Origin: an uncultured delta proteobacterium
Lineage (GTDB): Bacteria > Myxococcota > Kuafuiibacteriia > Kuafuiibacteriales > Kuafuiibacteriaceae
Direction: 5' to 3'
DNA length: 64,000 nt
Assembly: GCA_963803435.1 (NCBI GenBank)
Contig: CAWDML010000005.1
Span: forward strand, 416,001-480,000
In this document: in pieces, positions 32,265-41,815 of the stretch
How positions within the stretch are numbered: position 1 is the stretch's first letter
How the letters are laid out: the number at the start of each line of letters is the position of its first letter
The notes under the pieces: generated by a model
Database searches by the model: none
Told to the model about the DNA's origin: nothing
The model's input: only the letters and a program-made list of their open reading frames with translations
Program-made: the position numbers and the translations under genes

Positions 32265-32632
32265 ATGGTCACTTTCGATCACGAGAAGCTCGAGGTCTAC
32301 AGCTCGCCGTCGAGTATGCCGACATCGCTGAAGAGATCGCACAAGAACTGCAACCCGGTCACGCTCACGTCCGCGATCAGCTTCGGCGGGCATCCGATTC
32401 CATCGTGAACAACACCGCCGAGGGCGCCGGAGAGTTCAATCCACCTGAGAAGGCTCGCTTCTAGCGGATGGCACTTCGCTCTGACACCGAAAGCGCCGCC
32501 TCACTCCACACCTGCTCGAGGCGCCGACTCGCCAACGAGCAGAAGGTCCAAGCCGCCAGAGCCAAGCTCAAGCGCGTTGTCGAGATGCTCACGCGCCTCA
32601 TCAAGTCGATGAACGCACGCCGGGCTGCATGA
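32265..32632 (+). pseudogene. Four-helix-bundle protein (23S rRNA IVP/Avd-like); frameshift near 32300 and TAG at 32462
   Basis: FDHEKLEVY/QLAVE...DQLRRASDSIVNNTAEGAGE...KARF*RMALRS..E. Confidence 0.85.
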
Positions 32633-32719
32633 TCGCCATCGGGACCGGGACCGGGACCGGGACCCGGACCGGGCTCGCGGTAGCGCTTCGCGCTACACGC
32701 TCCTAGTCCAGGAGACGTC

Positions 32720-33703
32720 TCAACCCGCCCTGCCGAACGCGCGTCGATACGCGTTCGGGCTGGTCCCCACGGCGCGGCCGAAGCGCTCTCGCAGGACCGC
32801 GGCCGAGCCGAACCCAGCTTGCGACGCCACCTCCTCCACCGCCAACGCAGTGGTCTCCAGGAGGCGCTGCGCGCGCCGCACGCGGGCGGTCGTCACCCAC
32901 TGCGCCGGCGTCGTGCCGGTCTGCTCCCGGAATCGACGGGCCAGCGTTCGAACGCTCATGGATGCGCGGCGAGCGATCGCCGGGATGGTCAGCTCGCGAT
33001 CGAGGTTCCGCTCGATCCAGCCGAGCAGCGGTTGAATCGAGCCGTCGCTGGTGGGTGGCGCGTGCACGATGAACTGCGCCTGTCCGCCCGCGCGTTCGAG
33101 GGGCATCACCGCGGCGCGCGCGGCGTTCGCGGCGACGCGCGCCCCGAAGTCGCGCCGCACCAGGTGCAGACAGAGGTCGAGGCCGGCGGAGGCTCCGGCC
33201 GAGGTGAGCACGGGCCCGTTGTCGACGTACAGCACGTTCGAGTCCACCTCGACGCGCGGGTAGCGCCGGGCGAGCTCGGCCGCCGCCATCCAGTGGGTGG
33301 TGGCGCGGTGGCCGTCGAGGAGACCGGCGGCGGCGAGAACGAAGGCGCCGGTGCAGATCGACGCGACGCACGCCCCGCGCCCGGCGGCGCGTCGGATCGC
33401 GCGAATGACCGGGCCAGGGATCGGCCGGTCGGCGGCGTCCACGCCCGGGACGATCACCGTATCCGCGCCGCTCAGGGACGCGAGCCGCCACGGCACCACC
33501 AGCCGCGCGTGCTCCGTCTCCACCTCGGGCGCTTCGCTGCAGATCTTGACCTGGTAATACGGGCGACCGGCGTCGTCCCGCGCCCGCCCGAAGAGCTCCA
33601 CCGGCCCGGCGAGATCACCGAGCACCACGCCGTCGAAGGCCAGCACGACGACGCGCTTCGCGGCGAATGGCCGAGATCCTTCGCTTGTTGTCTTTCCTGC
33701 CAC
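32720..33703 (-). CDS. GlxA-family (DJ-1 + AraC) regulator
   Basis: SICTGAF, ATTHW, TSAG, RAGGQAQF, C-terminal HTH. Confidence 0.92.
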   Translation of the reverse strand: MAGKTTSEGSRPFAAKRVVVLAFDGVVLGDLAGPVELFGRARDDAGRPYYQVKICSEAPEVETEHARLVVPWRLASLSGADTVIVPGVDAADRPIPGPVIRAIRRAAGRGACVASICTGAFVLAAAGLLDGHRATTHWMAAAELARRYPRVEVDSNVLYVDNGPVLTSAGASAGLDLCLHLVRRDFGARVAANAARAAVMPLERAGGQAQFIVHAPPTSDGSIQPLLGWIERNLDRELTIPAIARRASMSVRTLARRFREQTGTTPAQWVTTARVRRAQRLLETTALAVEEVASQAGFGSAAVLRERFGRAVGTSPNAYRRAFGRAG

Positions 33704-33741
33704 TGGCCGATTCTATGCGGCCGCCGATATCCTGCCAACGC

Positions 33742-34149
33742 ATGAGCACACTCGGTCCGGCGCTGGGCGCCCTCGTCTTCATCCTCGTCATGTCCCTGGT
33801 GAAGGAGCCCAGCCGCCGGACCTTCAACGCGATCCTGGTCTCCGGCGCCAGCGGCGTTTACCTCAGCGGCGGCGGCTTCGGCGTCTGGGAGCTCCCGTAC
33901 GCGGCCGCGGCAGCGTTGGTGGCCTTCCTCGGGCTCCGCTCGTATCGGTTCATCGGCCTCGCCTGGTTCATGCACACCGGCTGGGACCTGGCCCACCACT
34001 GCTTCGGCAACGCCATCTGGCCTTTCATGGAGGGCTCCTCGCTCGGGTGTGCCATCTTCGACGCGGTGATCGGCGTCTGGTTCCTCACGGATGCGCCCGA
34101 TCCCGCACGAGTCTGGCGATCGCGCGCCCTCGTTTCCTCTCGGCGGTGA
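33742..34149 (+). CDS. DUF6010-like membrane protein
   Basis: GASGVYLSGGG, WFMHTGWDLAHH, CAIFD; divergent from the regulator. Confidence 0.7.
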   Translation: MSTLGPALGALVFILVMSLVKEPSRRTFNAILVSGASGVYLSGGGFGVWELPYAAAAALVAFLGLRSYRFIGLAWFMHTGWDLAHHCFGNAIWPFMEGSSLGCAIFDAVIGVWFLTDAPDPARVWRSRALVSSRR

Positions 34150-34150
34150 G

Positions 34151-34642
34151 TCAGCGCTCCGCCTGAAACACCACCAGCAAGAGCTTCTGCTCGAGCTGCT
34201 CGAGGAGCGCGAGCTGTTCGTGTCCCTGCTTGGCGTCCTTCGCGATGACCCCGACGGAGAGCGTCCACTTCCTCTTCCCCGAGGTCACCTTCAGCGAGAC
34301 CTCGCGGACGTCGCCCTCGTAGCCTCTGGGGATCGCATCGACGCTCTTCATCATGGCGAGCTTCGCGAGCAACGCTCGGACGGAGTCGCGGGTGGCTGCG
34401 TCGAGCTTCACCGGCTGGTCGTACTTCGGGCCGGTCTCCTCCGGCACGGGCATCCTGTGTCCCGAGGAGGCGGACCGGTAGGTGAGCGTGTCGCCCTTCA
34501 CCACGAGCGTCGTCTCGGTCGAGCTGGCGTCGCGGGAGCGCTCGGCGTCCTCCCACACGAGCGTGAAGTCGAGCGGTTCTTCTGCGGGGGTCGGGGGCGC
34601 GGCCAACAACGCGACACAGAGTGAAGCCAACAGCTCGAGCAT
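34151..34642 (-). CDS. Secreted hypothetical protein
   Basis: Signal-like N-terminus; codon bias. Confidence 0.6.
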   Translation of the reverse strand: MLELLASLCVALLAAPPTPAEEPLDFTLVWEDAERSRDASSTETTLVVKGDTLTYRSASSGHRMPVPEETGPKYDQPVKLDAATRDSVRALLAKLAMMKSVDAIPRGYEGDVREVSLKVTSGKRKWTLSVGVIAKDAKQGHEQLALLEQLEQKLLLVVFQAER

Positions 34643-34764
34643 GGCGGCACGCTACGACGGAAGCGGGCCCGAGGCGATGCCGGGAGCTCAGGGCCTCGCC
34701 GCGACGCGCCATGATGGCTCTCACGAGCACCCCGATCGCCGCCCATTCGGGGTAGAGCAGGTCC

Positions 34765-35139
34765 GTGATCTCGAGCGTCGCACTCGTCGTCCTTCTCTCC
34801 GTTCAGACCACGATCGCGCAGGTCGAAGAGGAGCGGCCCTCGTCGGGCCTGGGCCTGACGATCGCAGGATCGGTGCTGACCGGCCTGGGTGCCCTGAACC
34901 TGGCGTCGAGCCCGATCTGTCGGGCCGGCTTCTATCGCAGGCAGGTCGGCGGTACCGGCTCGGACGTCTGCTTCTGGGGCTCGATCGGGCTGGGCGGCGT
35001 GCTGCTCGCCGTCGGCGTGCCCCTCTTGAGCGTCGGGCTGCTCCGGCGGTCGCGGTACCGGGCGTGGCTCGAGTCGCAGCAGCTCACCGTGTCGTTCGAG
35101 CCGGATCGTACGGAGATCGCTTGGCGGATCGCGTTCTGA
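34765..35139 (+). CDS. Hypothetical membrane/secreted protein
   Basis: Signal peptide, two Gly-rich TM segments, C-terminal Phe. Confidence 0.55.
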   Translation: MISSVALVVLLSVQTTIAQVEEERPSSGLGLTIAGSVLTGLGALNLASSPICRAGFYRRQVGGTGSDVCFWGSIGLGGVLLAVGVPLLSVGLLRRSRYRAWLESQQLTVSFEPDRTEIAWRIAF

Positions 35140-35142
35140 TCG

Positions 35143-35529
35143 ATGCATCTGCCACCCGCCGTACAAGGACTCGAGACGAATGAGGCCGCGCGATCCGAAG
35201 TGATGATAGAGGCTGCCGACACTGACCTGCGATCGCGCCGAGATCTGGTTGATGTCGAGACCGGCCAGGCCTCTGGAGCGAGCGCGTCATGCGAGAACCT
35301 GTGCGTGGAGTCCTTCCTTCAGGGCTGCAGCGAAGGTGTCGAAGCGTTCGGCGCCGACACCCCTCGCGCGTGCCCTACGGCCTGCGACTCCGTCGAGGCG
35401 CTGGTGAGAGACAAGGGCTGCAACGAGACGTATCGCAACTATCTGAGCTGCTGGGGCGAGCAAGAGGATCTATGTGCTGAGGTATGCACCGCGGAGAGCG
35501 GGCTCGTCGGGCGATGCCTGGGGTTGTGA
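35143..35529 (+). CDS. Cys-rich hypothetical protein (probably partial)
   Basis: CxxxC pairs typical of myxobacterial extracellular domains. Confidence 0.45.
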   Translation: MHLPPAVQGLETNEAARSEVMIEAADTDLRSRRDLVDVETGQASGASASCENLCVESFLQGCSEGVEAFGADTPRACPTACDSVEALVRDKGCNETYRNYLSCWGEQEDLCAEVCTAESGLVGRCLGL

Positions 35530-35945
35530 ACATCGAGCTTGCGCCCCGATCACGCGCCGCCCCATCGAGCGGAGCCAGTAGTTCCTCTTCACGAGTCCTG
35601 AAGGTCGTGATCGCCACGCGCATCGCTCCTCGATCGAGGTGACGATCTCCCCGACGACGACCCACCTCGACGATCATCGACGGGCCACCAGCCTCGAGCT
35701 CCGGAAATCGGCTCCGATGACAAGCAGTGTACCGTGCGTGCACGAGAGAGAGAGGGTTCTACGTGGGGCCGCCGGCCGCGCAACCAGAAAAGTGCAAGCT
35801 AGGTTGCAACGTGGTCTGGCGCCTTCTCCTCCTCGGCCCTCTCCTCCTCGCGACGCAGACCCGGGCGTGCACGTCGAACCGTTCTGGGCGGCGTCTGCCG
35901 ACCGCGGTTGAGCGGGGGCGCGTCGTGCCTGCTCCATGCATCAGC

Positions 35946-36407
35946 GTGACGGACTCAACCGACATCCTGTCGACACGAGCTCGCGATCCACCTCCGCTGG
36001 ACGCTGGCACGGGAGCTGCTGTTGGTTCACCCGTGTCCAGGCGTGTGTGCGACATTCTGGCGACGCTCGTCGCGGCCGATTCAAATCCTCCCGGCTTCGA
36101 GGGTCGCATCTGCGTGGGGGCTGTCGAAGAGAACGTCCCACACTGGTGGCTCGTCACGTTCGCAGCGGGGCGGGCCGAAAGCCGACAACGGGTCGGTGCG
36201 CCCTTTGACCCCGACCAGGCCGACGTCCTCCTGGTCCTCGGACCGGGGTCGGCGCAGCACCTGCCCGAAGGGACGCGGCCGGATGCCCGCGATCTCTGGG
36301 TGTCCGGCGATCGGCGGCTCCTCATCCGCTTCACCGATCGATACCTCAAGCGGCGAAGCTGGCTCGATCTCCGGCGTGAGGAGACCCCGAGCAGGAGGAA
36401 GGGATGA
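35946..36407 (+). CDS. Hypothetical protein, SCP2-like fold candidate
   Basis: W.V.F....ADVLLVL...VSGDRRLL; ATGA-coupled to the next ORF. Confidence 0.4.
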   Translation: MTDSTDILSTRARDPPPLDAGTGAAVGSPVSRRVCDILATLVAADSNPPGFEGRICVGAVEENVPHWWLVTFAAGRAESRQRVGAPFDPDQADVLLVLGPGSAQHLPEGTRPDARDLWVSGDRRLLIRFTDRYLKRRSWLDLRREETPSRRKG

Positions 36408-37300
36408 GAAGGGCGTCCATCCAGGATGAGCCGGCGATCGCATCGGCCTTCGCGAATCGCCTCCGAACCCGCTCCATTCCGGACGACCTGACAGAGTGCG
36501 CGAAGCTCGGGCACGAGATCAAGGTCGAGGTCGCGGCGGAGCTCGGCCTCCACCCGGACACGTTCGAGATCCCGGTCGAGGTGCGGACAGTCCTCGCTTC
36601 GCCGACAGGCGGCGATTTGCACCTCAACGATTTCATGCGCTTCGAGGAGCTGTTTCGGAGAGCCGCGCAGACCGCGCCGGAGCTCCCGGATTGCTGGCGC
36701 GAACCCAACCCCGACCCGCTCGTCGATCTCCTGGAATCCGACCTGAAGCCCGCCCCAGCGACCTACAACGACCTTCGGGAGCAGTATGGGCTCCCGCGCA
36801 TCAAGACCTTCGACGAGATCGGTGCCACACCCGAGCAGACGAGGAAGCTCGAGGAGGTCTACGGCGACCCCTCGAGGATTCCGGCGCGCGACTACTTCAT
36901 CATCGCGGCCATCAGCCCTCCCGCCGACCCGCCTTCCTCGCTCCTCGAGCTCTTCAAACTCGTCGGTCTGACGGATCCAGAGTGTACGGGGCCGGGCGGC
37001 AGCGCCGAGTACGCACCGAACTACATCACGGTCGCCAACGATACCGGCGGGGTCACCGAGGAGATCTGCCTCGACGACTGGAGACAAGCGCTCACCAACA
37101 TCGGTCTCAACAGCTTCGGCCTGCGCCGCCAGTTTCCCCTCTCCTCACAGCCCGATCCGACGACGATCGCCGTCACCGTCGACGGAGCGGTCGCGTCGAC
37201 CTCCGAGCTACGACCCGAACACCAACAGCGTCGTGTTCATCGGTACACCGGCCGAGGGGTCCACGATCCAGGTCGCGTACGGCGTCCAGTGCCTGCCCTG
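36404..37300 (+). pseudogene. Chimeric ORF: unknown N-terminus fused to the C-terminus of a myxobacterial vWA-type protein
   Basis: TGGVTEEICLDDW..L..IG...F.L...FPLSSQPDPTTIAVTVDG; frameshift near 37205. Confidence 0.5.
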
Positions 37301-37377
37301 ACCACGAGGGCGCTCACCGCGAGTGAAGCGGGCCACACGACGCCCACCTATCGTGCTGCTCGAACCGTTAGCTCGGC

Positions 37378-37810
37378 TCACGCCCTGGCACCCGCACCCC
37401 GCGCGTGCGCACGGTAGAGTTGCTCGTAGAGACCACGAGCCTCGATGAGGGCGTCGGGCGTTCCGCGGGAGACGACCCGGCCTGCGTCGAGGACCAGGAT
37501 GTCGTCCGCGCTCACGATCGTCGAGAGGCGATGCGCGATCACGATCGTCGTGCGCCCTCGCATGAGCTCGGCGACGGCGTCGCGCACGGCACCCTCCGAC
37601 GCAGCGTCGAGGTGCGCGGTCGCTTCGTCGAGCACGAGGACGCGCGGATCGGCGAGTAGGCGCGCGCGATCGCGAGCCTTTGCCGCTCACCGCCCGAGAA
37701 GCGGTGGCCACGTTCGCCGACCAGCGTCTCGAGCCCGAGCGGGACGACGTGCCGCCGCACCGACGCCACGCTCAACTCGCGAAGGTCCACGCCGTCGAGG
37801 GTCGAGCTGG
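37378..37810 (-). pseudogene. ABC transporter ATPase remnant
   Basis: VGERGHRFSGGERQRLAIARA / LDEATAHLD / IAHRLSTI; frameshifted, no Walker A. Confidence 0.85.
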
Positions 37811-38019
37811 CCTCCAGTCCGGAAGGCAAGCCGGTCGCGATCTCCACCGCGCGAGACGACGAACCAGAGACTGCGCCAGACGCCGACGGGAAGTACTACC
37901 TCGAAGGGATGGCCAACAACGTGCGCCTCGCCAGCGACGGCGTGGAGGTGGACTGCGCGAAGTGCAGGGGTCCGCTGAAGGTCACGCCAAGTTTCATTGC
38001 GTGCACGCGCAACGAACCC

Positions 38020-38250
38020 ACCATGCTGTCCGCCGTCTTTCCCTCGCTCTATTCGATCACGTTGGTTCGGCTCAAGAACGAAGCTCACAACCCCCGTGGT
38101 GCTTGGCCACGGCTTCTTATCTCGCTCAAATCGGTCTGGAAGTACTCCTTCCTTGGAGAGACGCTACGCGACCATCTGCGAGGAGTTCCGACCCTCCGAC
38201 CAGCGATCGGGGAGCAGGATCGATGAGCTCCTCCAGCACTCGTGGCGAGC
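38020..38250 (+). pseudogene. Possible IS66 transposase C-terminal trace
   Basis: SRIDELLQHSW resembles the IS66 terminal IDELLPxxW. Confidence 0.35.
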
Positions 38251-38427
38251 GGCCCTCGAGGAGTTGCTCCGACAGAAGGCCCAGGAGCCCGCCAGAAGGC
38301 GGCAGCACCCTCCCTTCCAGAGCGTAGCGCCACCGGACGAATCCGGACCATTTGTCCGAATTCCGGACGACGGTACCAAAAGAGGCGCGCGTCGAAGCGG
38401 TACTCGAATTGCCAACGCTCGGGCCCG

Positions 38428-40107
38428 ATGTCACCCATCGGTCCCATCGTGCGCCATGTCCTGAGCGAAGCGCTGGAGGCAGCCCGCACGCCCGTGCCTG
38501 AACCGGGCGCCGGCGCGTCGACGGAAGACGGAGCGGGCGTGGTGCGCTTTTCCCGCGAGCTCCGAGCGAGCCGTACGTCCAGCTCGGAGACCGCGGCACG
38601 GCTCGTCGCGGGCGGGATCGCGCCGGAGGACGCGCGGCGGATCGCGGACGAAGGCTTGACCGCGGAGGGCGCGACCGATCTCCTCTCGTTGAGGCTCCTC
38701 CACCCCGAGCCGAACCAGTATGGACCTGCGGTCGTCGCGCTCTCTCTCCTGATGGAGGCGCGCGCGAGCGGAAGCCTGTCTCCGGCCGAGATCCAGGCTC
38801 GGCTCGACCGCCTCGACGGCGCGGTGCTGGTGCGCTCGGACGGCTACCTGGTGCCCGCGACCGGCGGTGCAGCGATCGAGAGGCGTGCGGACCTGGACCC
38901 AGGACGCATCTACCGGCGGTCGGGTGGCGTGCTCCGCGCGCTCGACGGCGACGGGACTCCGGTCGCCGAGCTCGGCCTCGAGCACACCGCCTGCGGCGAC
39001 GTCCTCGACGGCGTGGAGATCGCCGCCCGGAGCGTGATCCTCGGGGTGGGAGGGACGATCGAGGGTCTCATCGACCGGCCCGAATTGACAGTCGAGGCGA
39101 TGGTCCACGACTTCGGTCGGCTCCCACAGACGATCGGGCGCGCCATCCGCACCTCACCGGAGCGTCTCGAAGCCTTCCAGCAGGCCTCCGCGGACGACCA
39201 GCGCCGGATGGCGGGCGAGGCGCTGGCCCACGCGTACCTGATGATGAGCGCCGCTGCGGCCGTGCCCAGGGCGCGAGGTGCGCTCGGGATGACGTCGGGC
39301 CTCGGCGGACTCGCCGCCGGCGGGGGCGTCCTGGCCCTCCGCGGCGCGGCCTCGCTCCGGATCGAGGCCGCGGTGGTGGCCCATGCTGCGGTCGAGATCG
39401 CCGTCGGCGGCGCCGCCCTCGCCGATGCGCTCGATCTCTTCGACAGCCCCACCCCCGGCAACGGCCGCACCACCCTCCGTGACCCAAAGGGCCGCACCCG
39501 CGTCCGCGATCGGATCCGCCGAACCCTCGGGGATCCGAAGGATTCGAACCTCTCGCTCCACGACCTCGAGCACATGGTGGCCGACGCGAAGGAGATCGAC
39601 GAAGCTACCCTCCGCGAGGTCAAGGCGATGGTGCTGGACCGACTCGAACGGGAGATTGCCGGCCTTCAGGATCTCCCCGAGGGGCTCCGCAAGGTGAAGG
39701 TGGACGCGCTCGCCGGCTTTGCCAGGCGAACCGCCATCGACCTCCGCGACGCGGTGCGAAGACTCGAGCCGGCTCCGGCGCGGAGCTCCTTGAGCGCGGA
39801 GGCCCAGCGGGCGCTCCAAAGGCTCGACCAGGGCGAGGCGGAGATCCGCGTCTCCTCCCGCGCCATCGCCGAGGAGATGCTGAGCCAGTTCCCCGACTAC
39901 GTCGAGACGGAGAGCCTCCGGTTCAAGGAGATCAAGCGTCTCTTCGACGGAAAAGAACGCACATTCCACTGGGACGACGTCTTCGGCGACGATGGCCGCC
40001 TTCTCAACCACGACGCCCCCAACCCGCACGCAGAGGTTCCGCACCTCCAGCTTCACCCCAAGAAGAGGAATGTCCTTCGGATCTTCTTCCCAACGGAGGC
40101 CCCATGA
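38428..40107 (+). CDS. Putative polymorphic toxin
   Basis: N-terminal LVRSDGYLV...AELGLE...LDG...SPE..F scaffold recalled from myxobacterial toxin carriers; Gly/Ala linker; His-rich C-terminal domain. Confidence 0.65.
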   Translation: MSPIGPIVRHVLSEALEAARTPVPEPGAGASTEDGAGVVRFSRELRASRTSSSETAARLVAGGIAPEDARRIADEGLTAEGATDLLSLRLLHPEPNQYGPAVVALSLLMEARASGSLSPAEIQARLDRLDGAVLVRSDGYLVPATGGAAIERRADLDPGRIYRRSGGVLRALDGDGTPVAELGLEHTACGDVLDGVEIAARSVILGVGGTIEGLIDRPELTVEAMVHDFGRLPQTIGRAIRTSPERLEAFQQASADDQRRMAGEALAHAYLMMSAAAAVPRARGALGMTSGLGGLAAGGGVLALRGAASLRIEAAVVAHAAVEIAVGGAALADALDLFDSPTPGNGRTTLRDPKGRTRVRDRIRRTLGDPKDSNLSLHDLEHMVADAKEIDEATLREVKAMVLDRLEREIAGLQDLPEGLRKVKVDALAGFARRTAIDLRDAVRRLEPAPARSSLSAEAQRALQRLDQGEAEIRVSSRAIAEEMLSQFPDYVETESLRFKEIKRLFDGKERTFHWDDVFGDDGRLLNHDAPNPHAEVPHLQLHPKKRNVLRIFFPTEAP

Positions 40108-40424
40108 ACACCCTTTCCCTCGAGCTCCTCCAGAACCTCAACAAAGGACACTCGATCGTGGCCGAGCTCCCAGCGTCCGACCAGAGCCTGAGGAAGTGGA
40201 TCGAGATCTTTCCGTACGAGGAGCGCGGCGGCACCCGATACGGCGTCCGGATGTACGAGCTGAAGAAGGAGTGGATCGAGAAGGAGCAGGACGTCGACGG
40301 CTACGAGCTCAACAAGGTGCGCGAGGACGTGGACGATCTACCCGCTGCCCTGGCGGTCGCGGACGCGTGGCTGCCCGGCCCGGTCGAATGGCAGTGCTGG
40401 GCCGACAGCGACACCATCGTCTGA
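40104..40424 (+). CDS. Putative cognate immunity protein
   Basis: 106 aa, acidic, ATGA overlap with the toxin, GGAGG RBS. Confidence 0.6.
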   Translation: MNTLSLELLQNLNKGHSIVAELPASDQSLRKWIEIFPYEERGGTRYGVRMYELKKEWIEKEQDVDGYELNKVREDVDDLPAALAVADAWLPGPVEWQCWADSDTIV

Positions 40425-40619
40425 TGCCACCCGGACGCGTGCTCGATGCGGAGTCTCCGGTGGGGCGGATCGACCGGACCCTGGCCGGCATGATCGGCGC
40501 GCAGACCTTGGACGCGACGGTGGAGTCGAACCAGACGCGATCGCGCCCGATCGCGGGGAAGCGGACTTGGAGCCGGTCCGAAAACCTCCGGACCGTTCCG
40601 CGTTTCCTGTTTCGCTCGT

Positions 40620-41087
40620 TCTGCAGACAACGGCTATCTGAGCGCGACCAACATCGAATTCTGCGACAATAATCAGTCAGGTCGATGCCCACATCGCTGT
40701 TGGACGCGAACAGAACCAAGACGCGTCGACTCCGTCCTCATCAGCTTCGGAGCCCACACCTGCCTCGCTCGCTCGCAAGCGAATGCGAGACAAGTTGCAA
40801 ACGCGCGACGGCCAGGCGGTCTACGCCCGCAGGAAGAGTATCGTCGAACCGGCGCTCGGACAGATCAAAGGGGCACGAGGATTCCGCCGGTTCTCGCTAC
40901 GCTCCTTCTTCAAGGTACGAGCCGAGGGGACGCTCGTCTGCCTCACCCACAACCTGCTCAAGCTCTACCAATCGAAGCTCGCGACCGTCGCGAGCGTCTG
41001 ACTCAAGGCAGCCATCTTCAGATCGGGACCCGGACCGGGACCGGGACCCGGACCGGGGTCGCGTGAGCGCTTACGCGCTACACGCTC
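40620..41087 (+). mobile_element. Second copy of the IS1182 3' end, inverted relative to 31762-32177
   Basis: ADNGYLS..IDAHIAV..YARRKSIVEP; near-identical ~410 bp including the (GACCSG)n array and the end CTACACGCTC. Confidence 0.85.
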
Positions 41088-41122
41088 CCAGAGGCACGCG
41101 GGACGAATCGCGGGTTAGCACC

Positions 41123-41815
41123 GTGGCGCCAGAGGTTCGGCGCTGGCTTCGGGCGGCGGATCGGCTCTCGGCCGCGGTGCGAAGCGGCGAGATCGGTGTC
41201 GCGGAGTGGCAAGAGCGGATCGAGGCCCTGTTCGATGCCGTCGAGCTCCCACCGCTGCTTCGAGCGATCGACTTCGATGGTCTCACCGCCGATCTCGAGT
41301 ATCCGTTCGATCGGGCCGCCACCGTCGACCCATCGTTTGGAGCGGATCAGCCCCGCGCCTTCACGCCCCGCGTGTTCGCCTTGAGGCGCGGCACCGCGAT
41401 CGTGCCCCACGGGCATCATTACATGGTCTCGATGCACCTGGTGCTCGGCGGTGAGCTACACCTTCGGCACCATGATCGGCTCGCCGACGAGCCGGACGCG
41501 CTGATCTTGAAGCCGACCATCGACCGGCTCGCACGAGCCGGCGACCACAGCTCGATCTCCAGCCGGCGCGACAACGTCCACTGGCTTCAGGCGCGGAGCG
41601 CGCACGCCTTCACCGTCGACGTCATCGTGGCGAGGCGAGCCAAGCCGAAGACCAGCGGCGAGCTCCGAGACTACGTGGACCCGGATCGCGGTGTTCCGCT
41701 CGACGGCGACCGAATTCGCGTTCCGCGCATCTCTGCGGACGAGGCCATGCGGCGCTACGGCTCCGGCGAGCCGATCTCGTTTTCTCACCCACCCGCCACG
41801 CGACGCGGTAATTGA
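41123..41815 (+). CDS. Cupin-like protein, probably N-terminally truncated by the IS
   Basis: IVPHGHHYMVSMHLV, DNVHW. Confidence 0.6.
   Translation: MAPEVRRWLRAADRLSAAVRSGEIGVAEWQERIEALFDAVELPPLLRAIDFDGLTADLEYPFDRAATVDPSFGADQPRAFTPRVFALRRGTAIVPHGHHYMVSMHLVLGGELHLRHHDRLADEPDALILKPTIDRLARAGDHSSISSRRDNVHWLQARSAHAFTVDVIVARRAKPKTSGELRDYVDPDRGVPLDGDRIRVPRISADEAMRRYGSGEPISFSHPPATRRGN

Larger units (their letters stand above)
31758..32706 (-). mobile_element. Internally deleted IS1182-family element with passenger gene
   Basis: CTAG at both ends (31758, 32703); ~70-bp imperfect inverted ends GAGCGTGTAGCGCG... containing (CSGGTC)n arrays. Confidence 0.8.

Noticed and set aside
31793-32672. Hexamer arrays as CRISPR or DGR
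   Set aside because: No spacers, cas genes, reverse transcriptase or TR/VR pair seen in the window
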